Of a stretch of DNA of 33,378 nt, positions 16,241 to 28,113 are shown in pieces. The notes below the pieces were generated by a model. It was not told the origin of the DNA, did no database searches, and worked only from the letters and a program-made list of their open reading frames with translations. A program made the position numbers and the translations under genes. This stretch comes from Escherichia phage EC.P3: sequence record PQ657771.1, one strand, 5' to 3'. Positions within the stretch are counted from its first letter, which is position 1. Each line of letters begins with the position of its first letter.

Positions 16241-18360
16241 CTGTCACTAGCGAGCCATGTAATAATCCCCGTGCGGGCAATGGTTTTTGCTTCATCTGTT
16301 GATAAGGTTTTCTCCCATCTCTTAAATGCCCCAGATTGCATCAGTTTCCTTTCTATTGCGCGTCTCACTTCTGCTCTGTCTACTGGTGCGTTTTGCAGGC
16401 GAAATAGCATTGATTTAAACTCAGGAGAAGACAGTAGAGCATCAGCAGCCTTTATCCTACTTGTTTTCCCTGACATCAATGCTGACGTTATCACCCCTGT
16501 TGCACCTACACCAGGAAGACCAGATAAGCTTGTAATACCTTCCGCCGCAGCAGCTTTTGAGGCTATTCCATAAATTTTTGCGAGACTACCCTTTTCTTTC
16601 AGAAAGTTATTAACTTGCTGATCCACAAGACTACTAGCATACTGCTTACCAGTATTGAGTCTATTCATAGCCTTAGCTGCTTGATAAATCGTATCAAGGC
16701 GCTTTGATGCATCTGTGCCAATAGCATCACGGAGAGCCTTCATATTGGCCCCATTGCGTGACATTCCGTTATACCATTTTACAAATCCATCAACTCCTAA
16801 TTGCTGACCAGGTGATTTGGCATAGCTGGTAAATGCTTTATTCATTGAGGTGAGCGCAACTTCCTGCCGCATATCCTTTGGAATCGACTTCATTAATTGC
16901 CTAAAGTCGCCACCGTTTCCTTTTGCCATATTAACAACAGCACTTTCAACTTTTGGAATTGCTGATTGCTGAAGTTTTCTACCCAAGACGGTTACAGCAT
17001 CATCTTCAATGGATTTTCGTTTTTTTACCAACTCCTTACCAAGCGTCCATAATTCCCCTGCGCCATATTTTTCTGCGACAGCCTGTTGGTCATCTGTTAT
17101 GGCTGCATATAACTTTTTAAGAACACCTGTTTCTTCATCCTTGAATGGACCAGAGCCTTTGCCAATAGCTTGTCCAACCTGCTTTCTAGCGAGATCTAAA
17201 CGCCCATACGTTGGCAAGGTGTTTGGATCAAGTCGGTTCAATGTCCGCTTCATTATTGGAGATAATTCATCAATTCCACCTATATCATCAGCAAAATCCT
17301 CTAAAAAATTCAATGTATTAGTTGCCTCAATCCGGTCTCTTACAGGAACCTTTTCGGCAATTTTGTTGTAGATGTTATCTGACTGATTTTGTAATGATGA
17401 AATGGTTTTATCAAAATTATCTGCAAGCCTGTCAGAAACCAGTTGCTTATCAAGGCTTCCCCCAAATGAAGTTATCATTTCATCAGCTTTTCTTCCTAAT
17501 TCAGTAATAAAACGCTTATGCGCCTCACTAATCTCTGTTCCAGGGAGACTTGCCACTGCATTATCAAGAGCCCTGACAGCAGGATTATTGGAGATCATGC
17601 CTGGAGTGGCATAATTTTCCAGTTCTAGCTCACGAATAGCATTTATCGCGTTAAAATCAGGATTAACTTCATCGGCGAAATCTTGAATAGCTCGTTGGCC
17701 GCCGATAAATTTATTGTCCATTGCGCCAGCAGCTTTCTTTAACGTTGCTTTAGATGATTTACTCCCCATCCCTACGGATGAGCGATAAATATCTCCGGCA
17801 CTATTTTTAATTTTTCCTGCAATCTTCCCAAGAGCTGGACCAACAATCTCTGCTACAGGGCCAGCCACAGCGCCAATAGCAGCTCCAGAAGCAACATCGC
17901 TATTTGTTCCATTGGCTACAATAGCCCCTTCTCCAGCACCAAGCCCTGCGGCGGCAGCCAGCCTTGCCGCCCCTTTCGGAACCTGAGAAATAATCCCACC
18001 ACCACTAACAAATGGTGCTGCTTGTCCAACGAACTCACCAACATCTTGTGCGGTTGATGGTTTTGCCGCTAACTTCTGCTGTAGAGACTGAATTGCGGCT
18101 TGCTCTTCTGGTGTCATATCCTGAAATAGACCAACACCTTTACCAACATCCATCAATCCACTGAGAACGCCATACATAAAACGGTCGAAACCGTTAGCAT
18201 TATTAACAACATTTTCCTGTCTGGAATTTTCCTCTGGTGAAACCAAAGGAGATTGCTGCTGTTCTGGTTGGGCATCAAGCACAAAGCCATCAGGAAGCTG
18301 TGAGTTATCAGGCTGTTCATCCAGAACAAATCCCTCTGGTAAACCTACATTGGTTGCCAT
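16237..18360 (-). CDS. ejection (injection) protein, gp16-like
   Basis: Position after gp20 in the P22 order; Gly/Ala-rich segments; longer than P22 gp16 as recalled. Confidence 0.75.
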   Translation of the reverse strand: MATNVGLPEGFVLDEQPDNSQLPDGFVLDAQPEQQQSPLVSPEENSRQENVVNNANGFDRFMYGVLSGLMDVGKGVGLFQDMTPEEQAAIQSLQQKLAAKPSTAQDVGEFVGQAAPFVSGGGIISQVPKGAARLAAAAGLGAGEGAIVANGTNSDVASGAAIGAVAGPVAEIVGPALGKIAGKIKNSAGDIYRSSVGMGSKSSKATLKKAAGAMDNKFIGGQRAIQDFADEVNPDFNAINAIRELELENYATPGMISNNPAVRALDNAVASLPGTEISEAHKRFITELGRKADEMITSFGGSLDKQLVSDRLADNFDKTISSLQNQSDNIYNKIAEKVPVRDRIEATNTLNFLEDFADDIGGIDELSPIMKRTLNRLDPNTLPTYGRLDLARKQVGQAIGKGSGPFKDEETGVLKKLYAAITDDQQAVAEKYGAGELWTLGKELVKKRKSIEDDAVTVLGRKLQQSAIPKVESAVVNMAKGNGGDFRQLMKSIPKDMRQEVALTSMNKAFTSYAKSPGQQLGVDGFVKWYNGMSRNGANMKALRDAIGTDASKRLDTIYQAAKAMNRLNTGKQYASSLVDQQVNNFLKEKGSLAKIYGIASKAAAAEGITSLSGLPGVGATGVITSALMSGKTSRIKAADALLSSPEFKSMLFRLQNAPVDRAEVRRAIERKLMQSGAFKRWEKTLSTDEAKTIARTGIITWLASDS

Positions 18361-19694
18361 TGTCCGTTCCTGTAAATAATTTTCTGACCAGTTTTAGGAT
18401 TTTTCGCGGTCATACCTTCTCGAAATGTTTGACCGCCAGATGTTGCTTGTTGTGTCTGTTGTTGCGCAGGCTGCTGAATATCTTCATACAGCTTGGCTTT
18501 TCTGGATTGCAATTGCTTAGTTAGTCCGCTGGGGAGAGAATCTCCATAAGTTGAAAGATAATCATCCATTTGCTGGTTAAACTTTTCGCCTTCAGTATTT
18601 GCCATCAGTTTTGAGGTGTTGATTAAGTCTTGGACTTGCTCATTATTCAGCATCTTGCCGTTAGATAATTGGCTAACATAGTTACCAAGTGTGCCGAATA
18701 TTCCATCAGTGCGTTTTACCTGCACTTGCTCACCTTCGCGTACCACAGATTGCGGATCCAGCGATTTCATATAGTTGAAAATCATTCCCAACTGCGCGGC
18801 TGGAGTGTTGCGCTTCCCAAGGGCTTGTAGGTTGTCAGAAGCACTGCGCATTGCAGAATAATTCTTTGAGAACCCATTAATATCACTATTCAGATCTCGA
18901 ACAAGTTTTGGGTCAATCTTTCCGCTTTCCTGTTGTTTCATCCCTAATTCCTGCAACTTCAGGGCTACGTTATCATTATGCATTTGTGCCCGCTGAGCCC
19001 TGTCTAGTTGAGCGTTTTGGATATTTGCCCATCCTCTCGCGTTCTCCATGTCAGCCTGACGGATGCTTTCATCCAATCGCCCTTTCTCAAGTTGGCGACC
19101 AACCATCTTATCCTGATAATCCAGCATTTTATCCGGACCAACAGCCCCTAGCGTCATAGTGGTCAGCATGTGTGATAGCTGCTCTGGATTCTGGATACCT
19201 GTCTGAATCATCCAGTCAGCATTCGCCCCCACGCGATTTAACCTGTCCTTGTTATCAGTAATGAATTTACTGTAGGCTTCAGGTCCCTGAGAAAGAGCGA
19301 CGTTAGCCCTCATGGCTAAATCGCCCATATCGTTGCGTTGCTGTTCATTAAGACCGGAAAACGCCTGTTGTGCCTGTGCAACAAACGCTGGATTTTCTTG
19401 GGCAAACTTAAATAGTCCCGATGGATCACCAGAAGCCCATGCATCAGCATGAACCTTATTGAACGCACTAATCGCTTTCTGTTGCTGTTCCTGCTTATAA
19501 ATATCAGCAACTCCAGCCAGACCACGTAACGCGGTCAGACCAACGTTATTTGCACCTGAGCGAGCCAGTTCATTGTTTTCGCGGATCAGACCAAGCGTTG
19601 CGTTAATGTCGCTTGCCTTTGGCGCATTCTCATTTTGCGTACCGATGCCAGCCAGAAAACCACCAGAATTAATACCCTGTTGCCACGTAGCCAT
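18345..19694 (-). CDS. ejection protein, gp20-like
   Basis: Synteny between gp7 and gp16; overlaps gp16 start. Confidence 0.8.
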   Translation of the reverse strand: MATWQQGINSGGFLAGIGTQNENAPKASDINATLGLIRENNELARSGANNVGLTALRGLAGVADIYKQEQQQKAISAFNKVHADAWASGDPSGLFKFAQENPAFVAQAQQAFSGLNEQQRNDMGDLAMRANVALSQGPEAYSKFITDNKDRLNRVGANADWMIQTGIQNPEQLSHMLTTMTLGAVGPDKMLDYQDKMVGRQLEKGRLDESIRQADMENARGWANIQNAQLDRAQRAQMHNDNVALKLQELGMKQQESGKIDPKLVRDLNSDINGFSKNYSAMRSASDNLQALGKRNTPAAQLGMIFNYMKSLDPQSVVREGEQVQVKRTDGIFGTLGNYVSQLSNGKMLNNEQVQDLINTSKLMANTEGEKFNQQMDDYLSTYGDSLPSGLTKQLQSRKAKLYEDIQQPAQQQTQQATSGGQTFREGMTAKNPKTGQKIIYRNGQWQPM

Positions 19695-19704
19695 TGATTA
19701 CCTC

Positions 19705-20397
19705 TTAAAACAGTGAACCAAGCAGACCAAGACCAGCACCGATACCAGCACCCCACGGAGTTGATAGCTCGAGAGCACTGGCTATGCCACCACCCAAAAG
19801 CGCACCGGATGCAGCACCACTAACACCCTGCTGCAATGCTGACGGTCGGTTGGCGTTTGCCGCCGCCAGCGCCGCGCTTTGCTGTGAAATCTGGCTCATG
19901 TTGTTGGCATATGTTTGCCCGGCGTTTGCCTGTCCCTGAAGAGCGCCAAGACCGATATTTGCCAGGTTGTTGTAATTGTTCATTTGTCCAGATAGCCATT
20001 GCTGACCAAGCGTTGGTGCGATTGTTGCTAACTGATTACTGGTTGCGGTGGAACCCAATCCACCAGTTGCTTCCGCTGCCGCCAGACTCTGATAGCGAGC
20101 CTGACCAGCAAGATCTTTGTACTGCTGAGAGTTGTAATACTGGTTAAGTGCCTGACCTTGCCCCTCCAGAGACGATAAGTTCTCGAGGCTGCCGACATAC
20201 TTATCAGCCAGAGGAGTAAACGGCTTCAGGTTGTTCATGATGGTGTTGAACTGCTGATTTTGCAGGTCTGCGGCATACTTCTGAGCTTCTGCTGCATACT
20301 TTGCGCTTTTATCAGAGCTGCCACCTTTCCCACCCTTTTCAGGGCAATAAGGTTCCTCGCCGCGCAGTTTTCTGCCCAGCTTAAATGCATATAACAT
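19705..20397 (-). CDS. ejection protein, gp7-like
   Basis: 230 aa, Gln/Asn/Gly-rich with C-terminal hydrophobic Gly-rich segment; P22 order. Confidence 0.8.
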   Translation of the reverse strand: MLYAFKLGRKLRGEEPYCPEKGGKGGSSDKSAKYAAEAQKYAADLQNQQFNTIMNNLKPFTPLADKYVGSLENLSSLEGQGQALNQYYNSQQYKDLAGQARYQSLAAAEATGGLGSTATSNQLATIAPTLGQQWLSGQMNNYNNLANIGLGALQGQANAGQTYANNMSQISQQSAALAAANANRPSALQQGVSGAASGALLGGGIASALELSTPWGAGIGAGLGLLGSLF

Positions 20398-20399
20398 GG

Positions 20400-20855
20400 C
20401 TATCTCCCGTGATTCAGGAAGTCGATTAGTTCTTCGCGTGTGGCGCTGTAAAAAGTCACGTCATCCACGCCTTTGAAGTATTTCTTGATGGTTCCGACAC
20501 GCTTAAGGCCAATCATTGCGCAGTAAATCTGCCCGTGGCGGAATTTGCGTGCGGCGAACGATGTGATGCACTGAACGGTGGTGTTAGTCAGAATGTATCG
20601 CCAGAACGCCAGCCCGATTTCCTTGCTGAAGCCACGAACCTCTGGCAGGTACATGGCGTGGCAATCGAATGTCAGCGGCTGAATCTCCTGATAGTAAACA
20701 ATGCCGCCAAACTGACCGTACACGTTAACCTCAAAGTAACGGCATTCAGGCTTGTAGTCGTATCCATCACCGTTGTTGCTTCCGGCAATAATGTCAGGGT
20801 GATTTCCGACTGCTTCGATCAGGTCGATATTTCGCGTTGGTTTGAATGTAATCAT
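20400..20855 (-). CDS. gp14-like head assembly/ejection accessory protein
   Basis: Synteny between tail needle and gp7; coupled stop-start. Confidence 0.65.
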   Translation of the reverse strand: MITFKPTRNIDLIEAVGNHPDIIAGSNNGDGYDYKPECRYFEVNVYGQFGGIVYYQEIQPLTFDCHAMYLPEVRGFSKEIGLAFWRYILTNTTVQCITSFAARKFRHGQIYCAMIGLKRVGTIKKYFKGVDDVTFYSATREELIDFLNHGR

Positions 20856-21556
20856 CAGTCAATCAGCCCATGTAATCTAAGTGCCGTTTCAAGCGCCAGA
20901 ATACGCTGCCGCGCCTGCTGCAAACCTGTAGCGAGAGCCGCGACTTCGGATTGTGTGTACGTAGTGCCGACCGTGTATGACTGGTTAGCGTTGAATGAGC
21001 CAAGAAGAGGTGTACCTGTGGCTGCAGTCCATCCGGTCTGCCTTGCTCCAACGACCTGAATTCCATCAACTGAATATGATGTTTTTACATCCAGCGGTGA
21101 CGCAAGAGACTGCGATTCGGTTACGGTTTTCGATACGTAATCACTCTTAATGCCAGAGACATCGTTTTCTACGTTATCCAGTCTTTGGTCAACAGTGACC
21201 AGATGCGCCTGAATATCGATAACCTCATCCAGCAAGTAATCAACATCGCTACGCAGTACGACTATCTTCCCTTCGGCGGTTGTTAACCTGACCTCAAGGA
21301 GATTTATCGCTTTTGTGTTTGCGGTGATTCTTGCGTCGTGATCTGCCAGTTCGACGTCCTGTTCATCGTTTTTTACCTGAGCATCGTAAGCGCCCTGACC
21401 AGCCTGATTTGCCTTCCCAGCAATTGCACCGACATCAGCTCCCTGATTTATGACATACAGCAGGTAAGACTGGCTGAATATATTGCGTGGCAAAATTGAA
21501 GCATCAAGGCGCGTAGCCTGAACCACGACAGGATCATTCAGTGATGAATCAGCCAT
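20855..21556 (-). CDS. tail needle protein, gp26-like
   Basis: 233 aa; N-terminal [25 protein letters not shown] and C-terminal [33 protein letters not shown] match P22 gp26 as recalled. Confidence 0.9.
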   Translation of the reverse strand: MADSSLNDPVVVQATRLDASILPRNIFSQSYLLYVINQGADVGAIAGKANQAGQGAYDAQVKNDEQDVELADHDARITANTKAINLLEVRLTTAEGKIVVLRSDVDYLLDEVIDIQAHLVTVDQRLDNVENDVSGIKSDYVSKTVTESQSLASPLDVKTSYSVDGIQVVGARQTGWTAATGTPLLGSFNANQSYTVGTTYTQSEVAALATGLQQARQRILALETALRLHGLID

Positions 21557-22974
21557 TACTCAATCCTTATCTGGCAGCCAGACAGAGTGACTGGTGACTT
21601 CGTAATAACGCGCAATTTGAAGCCGACATTTTTCCTGATGCGCCCAACTCGCTTCCACAAAACGCGTTTGTCGTAAACGAACGGTTCATTCTGCTCAATC
21701 ATCTGCTCACGTCCGTAATTGATGCCGTCAGTGGTTGCAGAGAGAAAAAGGCGGTCGGCGTACTGCGCAACGCCAGTTGACGATTCAACTTCAAGGTCGA
21801 AAACTCTGGCGTTATCCGCTTTGAACAACGGAGTAAACAGAAGGTGTTCCTGTTGCTTGTCGTACTGGCTGCTGATATCGAACTGCAATTTCCCGGTCAC
21901 GGACTCCAGCTTATCGCCGCACGTTATCTGATTGCCTTCGTAAATGAAATCGATAGCGCGGTACACATCGTCATACAGGCCTGTTTTCAGCACACACCAT
22001 TGCGGACCATTGGCGCTTGAAGATGCGTCGTACACGAGTACATGGCGCGGAAGATGGATAATCAGCAACTCATGCGCATCAAACCGCAGCGATTCCATCA
22101 CGCCATCAGCCAGTTCATCAGCAGTGTAGGAGCGTAGTATTTTCTCAATGCTCGCGCTGGCGATTGGTGATACCTGACCGGAGCCGATGATATACACAGA
22201 CGGCGCACCTGTTGCCGGATTGCTGATAAACGCATAGGAATCAGCAAACGGCGTTTTGCAGTAAGTTCCGGCGATGCCTTTTTGCACCATCAGCGATGGC
22301 TGTGCGACATATAAAGCGGCACCAACAGTGGTTGCGCCCGTCAGGGAGAAATATTCAATCGTCGATGAACCAAAGCAGACGATGAAGTCTCGCCATGTTC
22401 CGATGCCGATGATACCGTCCGGCTGCGATTCTGCGCGATATTGTGCGCTGTAACGGTCAGGATGTGATTCGTCTTCAAGGTCAGTGATAAACCATGAATC
22501 AGTTCCGTCTTTTGACCACGCATAACGCCCACGTAAGCGCGTAATGTCGCGAACTGAACCTAACTCATACTGCGTGAATCCGCTGTCCGCAGGCCAGTTT
22601 GAGACGGTTTTAACCGTGCCATCATAGCGATACTCGACCAGTTGACCATTAACGCCTACAGCCTGAGATGTCAGACCATGCGCCATTGATACACGACCAC
22701 TTCCGGCAACATCACCGACTTCGCTTTCGCCTTTGTAGAGCTTTCCACCACACACGCGATAAACAGCATTCTGCGCCATGTTGTACTCGACGCCGCGCGA
22801 TATACCGTTCACATCAGAACGTTTTGCAATGCCCGGGAATGAGCGAAGATATCCGCTGCTGTTCAGGATTTCTTTGGGTGTAGCCAGCATATTCACTGGC
22901 AGATAGTCGATATAGTCGGCATTTCGGAAGTCTTTGCCGACACCTTTCATAAGCGGAAGTTGCTGAATCGGCAT
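21556..22974 (-). CDS. tail hub protein, gp10-like
   Basis: 472 aa, same length and position as P22 gp10. Confidence 0.85.
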   Translation of the reverse strand: MPIQQLPLMKGVGKDFRNADYIDYLPVNMLATPKEILNSSGYLRSFPGIAKRSDVNGISRGVEYNMAQNAVYRVCGGKLYKGESEVGDVAGSGRVSMAHGLTSQAVGVNGQLVEYRYDGTVKTVSNWPADSGFTQYELGSVRDITRLRGRYAWSKDGTDSWFITDLEDESHPDRYSAQYRAESQPDGIIGIGTWRDFIVCFGSSTIEYFSLTGATTVGAALYVAQPSLMVQKGIAGTYCKTPFADSYAFISNPATGAPSVYIIGSGQVSPIASASIEKILRSYTADELADGVMESLRFDAHELLIIHLPRHVLVYDASSSANGPQWCVLKTGLYDDVYRAIDFIYEGNQITCGDKLESVTGKLQFDISSQYDKQQEHLLFTPLFKADNARVFDLEVESSTGVAQYADRLFLSATTDGINYGREQMIEQNEPFVYDKRVLWKRVGRIRKNVGFKLRVITKSPVTLSGCQIRIE

Positions 22975-22983
22975 TTATTCACC

Positions 22984-23445
22984 TCACGTACTCGGATCAT
23001 CTTTCTCGATGTAAAACCGATTCCACGTAAACGCGCTTTTGTTACCACTACCGCGAGGCATGTCATTTCGTCGCTCAAGTGGTGGTATTTTGGTTAAAGC
23101 GATACAGATTGTCTGATATGCACTGTCAGCAGCGGTCAGGAGAGCATCCGACGGCTGAATGACGTTATCCATGCACACTTGCACAGCGAGCTTCAAAGCG
23201 ACGCCATCATTTGCCCATGCAGGGATACCTGAATCATCGTCAGGTAACGGCATGATGCCGTTTTCTGTATCCGCAAACTGATATCCAAGCTCGATACCTT
23301 TCGCCTGCCATGCTGCCATCATGTCTTCAAGGTCATTAATGGCATCTTCAATTGCCTGAGGGTCGGCATCTGTCAACGTGGCATTGGAATACAGCCCGGC
23401 TTTTCGTAAAGCCTTTAGAACGAGATCACCCTTCGTTTTCGCCAT
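22984..23445 (-). CDS. head-to-tail adaptor, gp4-like
   Basis: N-terminal AKTKGDLVLKALRKAGL..ATLTD resembles P22 gp4 as recalled; position after coat. Confidence 0.8.
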   Translation of the reverse strand: MAKTKGDLVLKALRKAGLYSNATLTDADPQAIEDAINDLEDMMAAWQAKGIELGYQFADTENGIMPLPDDDSGIPAWANDGVALKLAVQVCMDNVIQPSDALLTAADSAYQTICIALTKIPPLERRNDMPRGSGNKSAFTWNRFYIEKDDPST

Positions 23446-23614
23446 CTTCTTCCGCCTTAGCCACTTTTTGCTTCGTTGCGGTTTCTTCAGGAGTTTTTAC
23501 CCAACCTTTTTTCAGGTGAGATTTAACTTCTTCGTCATCAACAATGATGTAATCGACAGCAAACTGACCACAGGTGATCATGTTGCCAGGCTTATAGAGC
23601 ATTGTTCGTGCCAT
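23426..23614 (-). CDS. hypothetical small protein between coat and gp4
   Basis: Start moved to ATG 23614 after GGGAGAAG; 62 aa; overlaps gp4 start. Confidence 0.4.
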   Translation of the reverse strand: MARTMLYKPGNMITCGQFAVDYIIVDDEEVKSHLKKGWVKTPEETATKQKVAKAEEDGENEG

Positions 23615-23622
23615 TGTCTTCT

Positions 23623-23648
23623 CCCAATAAAAATGGGGCCGAAGCCCC
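23623..23648 (-). terminator. hairpin plus U-tract right after the coat gene
   Basis: Minus-strand GGGGC-TTCG-GCCCC then ATTTTTATT. Confidence 0.6.
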
Positions 23649-23655
23649 ACCAAAA

Positions 23656-24909
23656 TTACTGCCCGGCAATAACGATGCCCGTATATTCAGGAACAAGTAC
23701 AGAGCAACCGTACAGAGTGGTGAAACGAGCAGTGGTTACGCCTTTGATGTGGTCGAAGGCGTAAGACATGATCAGCGTAGCGCCCTGCTCGGTGGTTGCT
23801 GTCATTACCTGTGGACCCTGACCAGTCGGGAACGCTAGTTTGCCGTACATCAGCTCAACAGAACCATCAGCCCAGAACAGGTTAGCAGGTGCTGCGTTCT
23901 TGTTGAGAATGGTGATTGCTGCTGATTCTGCCGGTTTGGCATCGACGTTTGCATATGGACGACTCGCAACATCGGTATTTTCAACAGGGAGAATCTTTGG
24001 AGAGATTGTTACGGTAGTTCCGCTAACAGCCAGAACACGGAATACCTGCGGTTGCCCGGTGGTATCTTTTGTGATCTGGTGTACGGAATTCACACCGGCA
24101 ATGGTGAACGCATCACCAACCTGCAAGCCAGATGCAGATACCGTAATAGTCCCCTGTCGGTTATCAACTGGCATACCATTTGAATCTTTCGCTTCAACCT
24201 TGTGTTCAGGTTGGCCTGATACTGTCAAGGATTCAGCGCTTCCTTTCGGTAATCGACCAGAAATATCGGTCTTGTAGCTATCAAAGGAAGCAACCGGAGG
24301 GATCTGCGCTTTTTCGTATGCTGTCAGGGTTGCGCCCTGAGCGTAGGCACGGTGACCAAGCTCGCCAGCAAGGTCTTTGTAGTTGAAGGGGTTCCAGAAA
24401 GAGCGACGGTTGATACCCTGCGGTACACCAATCGCCGTCATGGTGGCATCAATACCTGCCGCACAGTTCCACAAATCACGGCCCTGTGTACCTGTGGTTG
24501 AGTCAGACATTGTGATCACGTTAGTAGCACGCTGCGTAACCATGGAAATCAGGTCAGAGTCAATCTGTGCAGCAAGGCGCATACCTGCGGCGCGACCAGC
24601 TTCAGTTTTATGCTCAGGGTCACGCATTTCACGCGCATCCAGAGTGTACAGAATGTTTTTCGGCTCCTTGAACACAGAAGGAACAAGGCGCTGAACCAGT
24701 GCTGTAGGCGTTTTGCTGCTGAGATCGAGGCCTTCCTCAATGTTCATGTGGTAATGCTGCGGACGATACAGAACATCACCTGCTCGCTGCATTGCTGTAT
24801 CACCGGGACGGAATTTTTTAGCGTTACGGGAAACTACGCAGGCGGCCTCAAAGCCTTCAACGTAGTTTTCGAACATGATTTCAAGGTCTTTTGCTAATTG
24901 GTTAGCCAT
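23656..24909 (-). CDS. major capsid (coat) protein
   Basis: 417 aa at the P22 gene 5 position, between scaffold and gp4. Confidence 0.85.
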   Translation of the reverse strand: MANQLAKDLEIMFENYVEGFEAACVVSRNAKKFRPGDTAMQRAGDVLYRPQHYHMNIEEGLDLSSKTPTALVQRLVPSVFKEPKNILYTLDAREMRDPEHKTEAGRAAGMRLAAQIDSDLISMVTQRATNVITMSDSTTGTQGRDLWNCAAGIDATMTAIGVPQGINRRSFWNPFNYKDLAGELGHRAYAQGATLTAYEKAQIPPVASFDSYKTDISGRLPKGSAESLTVSGQPEHKVEAKDSNGMPVDNRQGTITVSASGLQVGDAFTIAGVNSVHQITKDTTGQPQVFRVLAVSGTTVTISPKILPVENTDVASRPYANVDAKPAESAAITILNKNAAPANLFWADGSVELMYGKLAFPTGQGPQVMTATTEQGATLIMSYAFDHIKGVTTARFTTLYGCSVLVPEYTGIVIAGQ

Positions 24910-24927
24910 GCTTAATGCTCCGATAGG

Positions 24928-25821
24928 TTATTTTTTTGCCTTTTTAGCGGCGAAATACGGCGTCCAGTCACCAGTTTCCAGCGCCTTGGCTTTCAATTTG
25001 TCGAGGTTGTTGATTACTGCGCCGTTGCTCCCCTTAACTGTCGGGGTTGTGGCTGCCGTGGTTTTTGCTTTTGGCATGATTCTGGCCTTCGATTCGATAC
25101 GTTCCAGCAGACGACCAATTGCTACGGGGTTGGTAGCTTCTGCCAGTTGCTTGCGCAGTTCAGCGTTGCGGCCGAGTGCCAGAACAACGATTTCCGGCTT
25201 CTCTGACTCAAACAAGATCGCGTTTTGTGTCTCGATGGGGATTTCCTCGAGTACGGCCTGTTCTGCTTCCTGATAGCCAGGAACCTTGAGAGCCTTAACA
25301 CGTTGCTGATATTTGGATAATCGCTCTTGATAGGCAGCCTGAAGCTCCTGCTCCTTCTGCTTGCGAGCCATCTCCTGTTGCTGGTACTTGCCGTTATCCT
25401 CTGCCCACTTAGCCATGCGTTGCTGGTAGATTTCTTCATCGAAACCGATGTCCTCATCATCCAGTTTTGGCATTCGCGGTGGTTGAGTGATTACCGGCTG
25501 CTGCTCGACGGGTTTCTGAGACTGACGCATCAGCTCTTTCAGCTCGCGGTCTTTCTCTTTAATCGTCTTGCGCAGGTGTTTTACCAGTCCATGCTCTGCG
25601 CCATCTTCGCTGGTTGGCGAATCCAGCTTTTCGTCACCAAAGTAGAATTCCTGTTCTGATTCGTCGTCATCAGTTTCAGTAGCTTCCTCTGCATCATTGC
25701 CGGAGGACTCACTGCCATCTTCTGTTTCGACTTCTTCAGCCAGTTCGACATCATCAGGAATCTGCTCTGACGCGTCGGTTTCGATTTCAACTTCTGGTGT
25801 GTTTTCTGCCATCTGGTCCAT
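24928..25821 (-). CDS. scaffolding protein
   Basis: 297 aa, acidic N-terminus, Glu/Lys/Gln-rich helical middle, basic C-terminus; position of P22 gene 8. Confidence 0.75.
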   Translation of the reverse strand: MDQMAENTPEVEIETDASEQIPDDVELAEEVETEDGSESSGNDAEEATETDDDESEQEFYFGDEKLDSPTSEDGAEHGLVKHLRKTIKEKDRELKELMRQSQKPVEQQPVITQPPRMPKLDDEDIGFDEEIYQQRMAKWAEDNGKYQQQEMARKQKEQELQAAYQERLSKYQQRVKALKVPGYQEAEQAVLEEIPIETQNAILFESEKPEIVVLALGRNAELRKQLAEATNPVAIGRLLERIESKARIMPKAKTTAATTPTVKGSNGAVINNLDKLKAKALETGDWTPYFAAKKAKK

Positions 25822-25911
25822 TTGTTACCCCTGTTTACTCGATGTTCAGCCCATCGGAAGGCAATAGGGTGCCAGGCCTCATAAAGACAGCCATTGCACG
25901 TTATGGGTTAA

Positions 25912-28113
25912 TTACTGCTGTGGTTGTTGCTGAGTTGATTTTTGCAGGATGCTGCTGATGTCCATGCGCTGCGCATGGCCTTGCGCCTGACTTTTCAGGA
26001 CAAGCTCTGCATCAGCACGGGCATTATCTCCTTGCTGTTGCTGGAACTGTCCGAGCAGTTTCAGCGCCTCACGGATATCAGATTTTTGCTGGCTATCGGC
26101 AGATGCGAGGATTTTCACAACATTTGCCGCTGCAACCTGAGCATCCGTCTGTGCCTGGAATGCTTTAACCTGAATGGCTGCCTGCTCGTTCTGCGCTTTC
26201 TGCAATTCAGCCTGACCAGCAAGAAGCTGACCTTGCGCTGCAACCATAGCCGGATCTGGCTGACTGGCCTGTTGTTGTTTCGCCTGTTCAACCATCTGCT
26301 GTTCTTCAGGCGTTCTCGGCTTGATAACGCCAGACAGAAGCAACTGATTGCGGTTGTATTCTTTCAGGTCGTCCATCCCTTCGCCGTCCATATTGTCGAG
26401 AATCATCGACGATACAAGGTCGTGCTTCGGCGTTCCTGGTGGGATAAGTGCCAGCATGGAAAGTAACGACTTAACCGTTGCGTCACGGCGAGTAGCGAAC
26501 GACTGACCGACATCGACAGTCACTTCATAGTTACCCTGCGAAAGGTCGTTAAGCGCGATAACCTGCCCTGTCTGACGGTCAACCACTTCACCAGTCATCA
26601 GCGCCACGTCATCGCTGCCGTCCTCATTAACGATACGCATCGGCGTATCGCTGCCATAGACTTCACGCGCCATAGAAAGCCACACAACGCCAGCGCGACG
26701 CATAGATTTAGCCATGTTGTCCATGTAGATATAGGACTGCGTGTCCATCCGGTTAAAAATGCTATCAACGGTATCAGTAGCGACGTTGCTCGGCATGTTC
26801 TCAAGCTGCGACGCACCTGTAATTTGCTGAATAGCCGTTCCGGTGTACTGCAATAGCCCGGCAAGAGCTGGAGGCATTTGTGTCGGAGGCGTATAACTGC
26901 TGACCTGAGCCTGCGCAGTAATATCTCCGTTTTTGTTTTTCAGACTGACCATCGGCAGGAACGCCGGGCGCTTTTTGTTGCGCTCCGCCCAATGAGTGGC
27001 GAGAGGACCAGGAATCATGTCAACATCAACTACAGGAATGCCATCACCGCCAGCCTGAGTAGCGTTATCTGCAATCATGGAAACCATCAGGTTCTCAAGA
27101 CGCTGTGCATCCATCGCTTTTGCTGCGTGTCCTTCAATTCGCTCCTGATTATCAACAAATGAGCGACGCCCATATACCGGGATGAGAGGAATATGTTCGC
27201 CCGGAATACGCTTCGGTTCTTCCAGCCATTCAGCGCCAGACAGAAGACCGCAATAAACGCGGCGCTTCTTCACCGTTCGCTCGCCAATCAGTTCGAATGC
27301 ACCATCGGTCAGTTCGTCGACAATATCTTTTATTTGCTCTTCATCATAGATTGCCGTTTCTCCGCTAACAGGGTTGCGCCACGCCGTGATCTTCACCTTC
27401 TCTATGCGAACTTCGTAGTAGCGTCCAACATAGATGGCATCTGGCGTTGACCAGTCATATTGAGTGCCAGTGTTATCACGAGAAAGGCTTGCCGCGGTGG
27501 AATCAGGGTATTCAGCCTCGAACGCTTTGGGCGTCATGGAGAACATTTCCATAGCCCACATAGCATCAGAGCGGTCATATTGCTTGCTGTCCTGATCAAA
27601 GAAGACGCATGTCGCTGGGTCGTAAACAGGAAGAAGGCTGATGCGTCGCTGCTCGTTACTCGGATCCATTTCATCTTCGTAATCGGCACACATGCGGAAA
27701 CAACCGAATCCGCCCGTTACAGCATCATCAAATGCGTTATCACACGCTTCGCCACCGGATGTTTCCTGATAGTCAGCGCGGAATTTGCCGTTCATCTTTT
27801 CGGCTAACGCTTCCGATGCCTTATCGTCCTTAGGCCTGAATTTAACGCTGATGCGATTCTGTCGATACTCGCCAATGATGCGATCACATTCACGGGCAAT
27901 CTTATTCAGTTCAAAGCGCGGGTAATGCTCAAACCTGCCTTCATCAAATGAGTAACCAGCGTTTGTGCTGCCTTCCCACTGTGCGCCGGACACCCGGACG
28001 AAACGTTGAGCCTCAATAATCTGCTCACGCATATCCTTCGTTGCTGACCAGGCATTATCAAAGTTGCACAGCACCTTGCGATGCCAGTCAGTCATCTTTC
28101 TATCATCAGCCAT
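25912..28113 (-). CDS. portal protein
   Basis: Start set to ATG 28113 ([10 protein letters not shown]; GGAG upstream; overlaps terL stop); Gln-rich C-terminal barrel region as in P22 gp1. Confidence 0.9.
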   Translation of the reverse strand: MADDRKMTDWHRKVLCNFDNAWSATKDMREQIIEAQRFVRVSGAQWEGSTNAGYSFDEGRFEHYPRFELNKIARECDRIIGEYRQNRISVKFRPKDDKASEALAEKMNGKFRADYQETSGGEACDNAFDDAVTGGFGCFRMCADYEDEMDPSNEQRRISLLPVYDPATCVFFDQDSKQYDRSDAMWAMEMFSMTPKAFEAEYPDSTAASLSRDNTGTQYDWSTPDAIYVGRYYEVRIEKVKITAWRNPVSGETAIYDEEQIKDIVDELTDGAFELIGERTVKKRRVYCGLLSGAEWLEEPKRIPGEHIPLIPVYGRRSFVDNQERIEGHAAKAMDAQRLENLMVSMIADNATQAGGDGIPVVDVDMIPGPLATHWAERNKKRPAFLPMVSLKNKNGDITAQAQVSSYTPPTQMPPALAGLLQYTGTAIQQITGASQLENMPSNVATDTVDSIFNRMDTQSYIYMDNMAKSMRRAGVVWLSMAREVYGSDTPMRIVNEDGSDDVALMTGEVVDRQTGQVIALNDLSQGNYEVTVDVGQSFATRRDATVKSLLSMLALIPPGTPKHDLVSSMILDNMDGEGMDDLKEYNRNQLLLSGVIKPRTPEEQQMVEQAKQQQASQPDPAMVAAQGQLLAGQAELQKAQNEQAAIQVKAFQAQTDAQVAAANVVKILASADSQQKSDIREALKLLGQFQQQQGDNARADAELVLKSQAQGHAQRMDISSILQKSTQQQPQQ

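Noticed and set aside
20535-21059. 174-aa plus-strand ORF
   Set aside because: Antisense to gp14 and tail needle genes.
25942-26466. 174-aa plus-strand ORF
   Set aside because: Antisense to the portal gene; Leu/Arg-rich translation typical of shadow frames.
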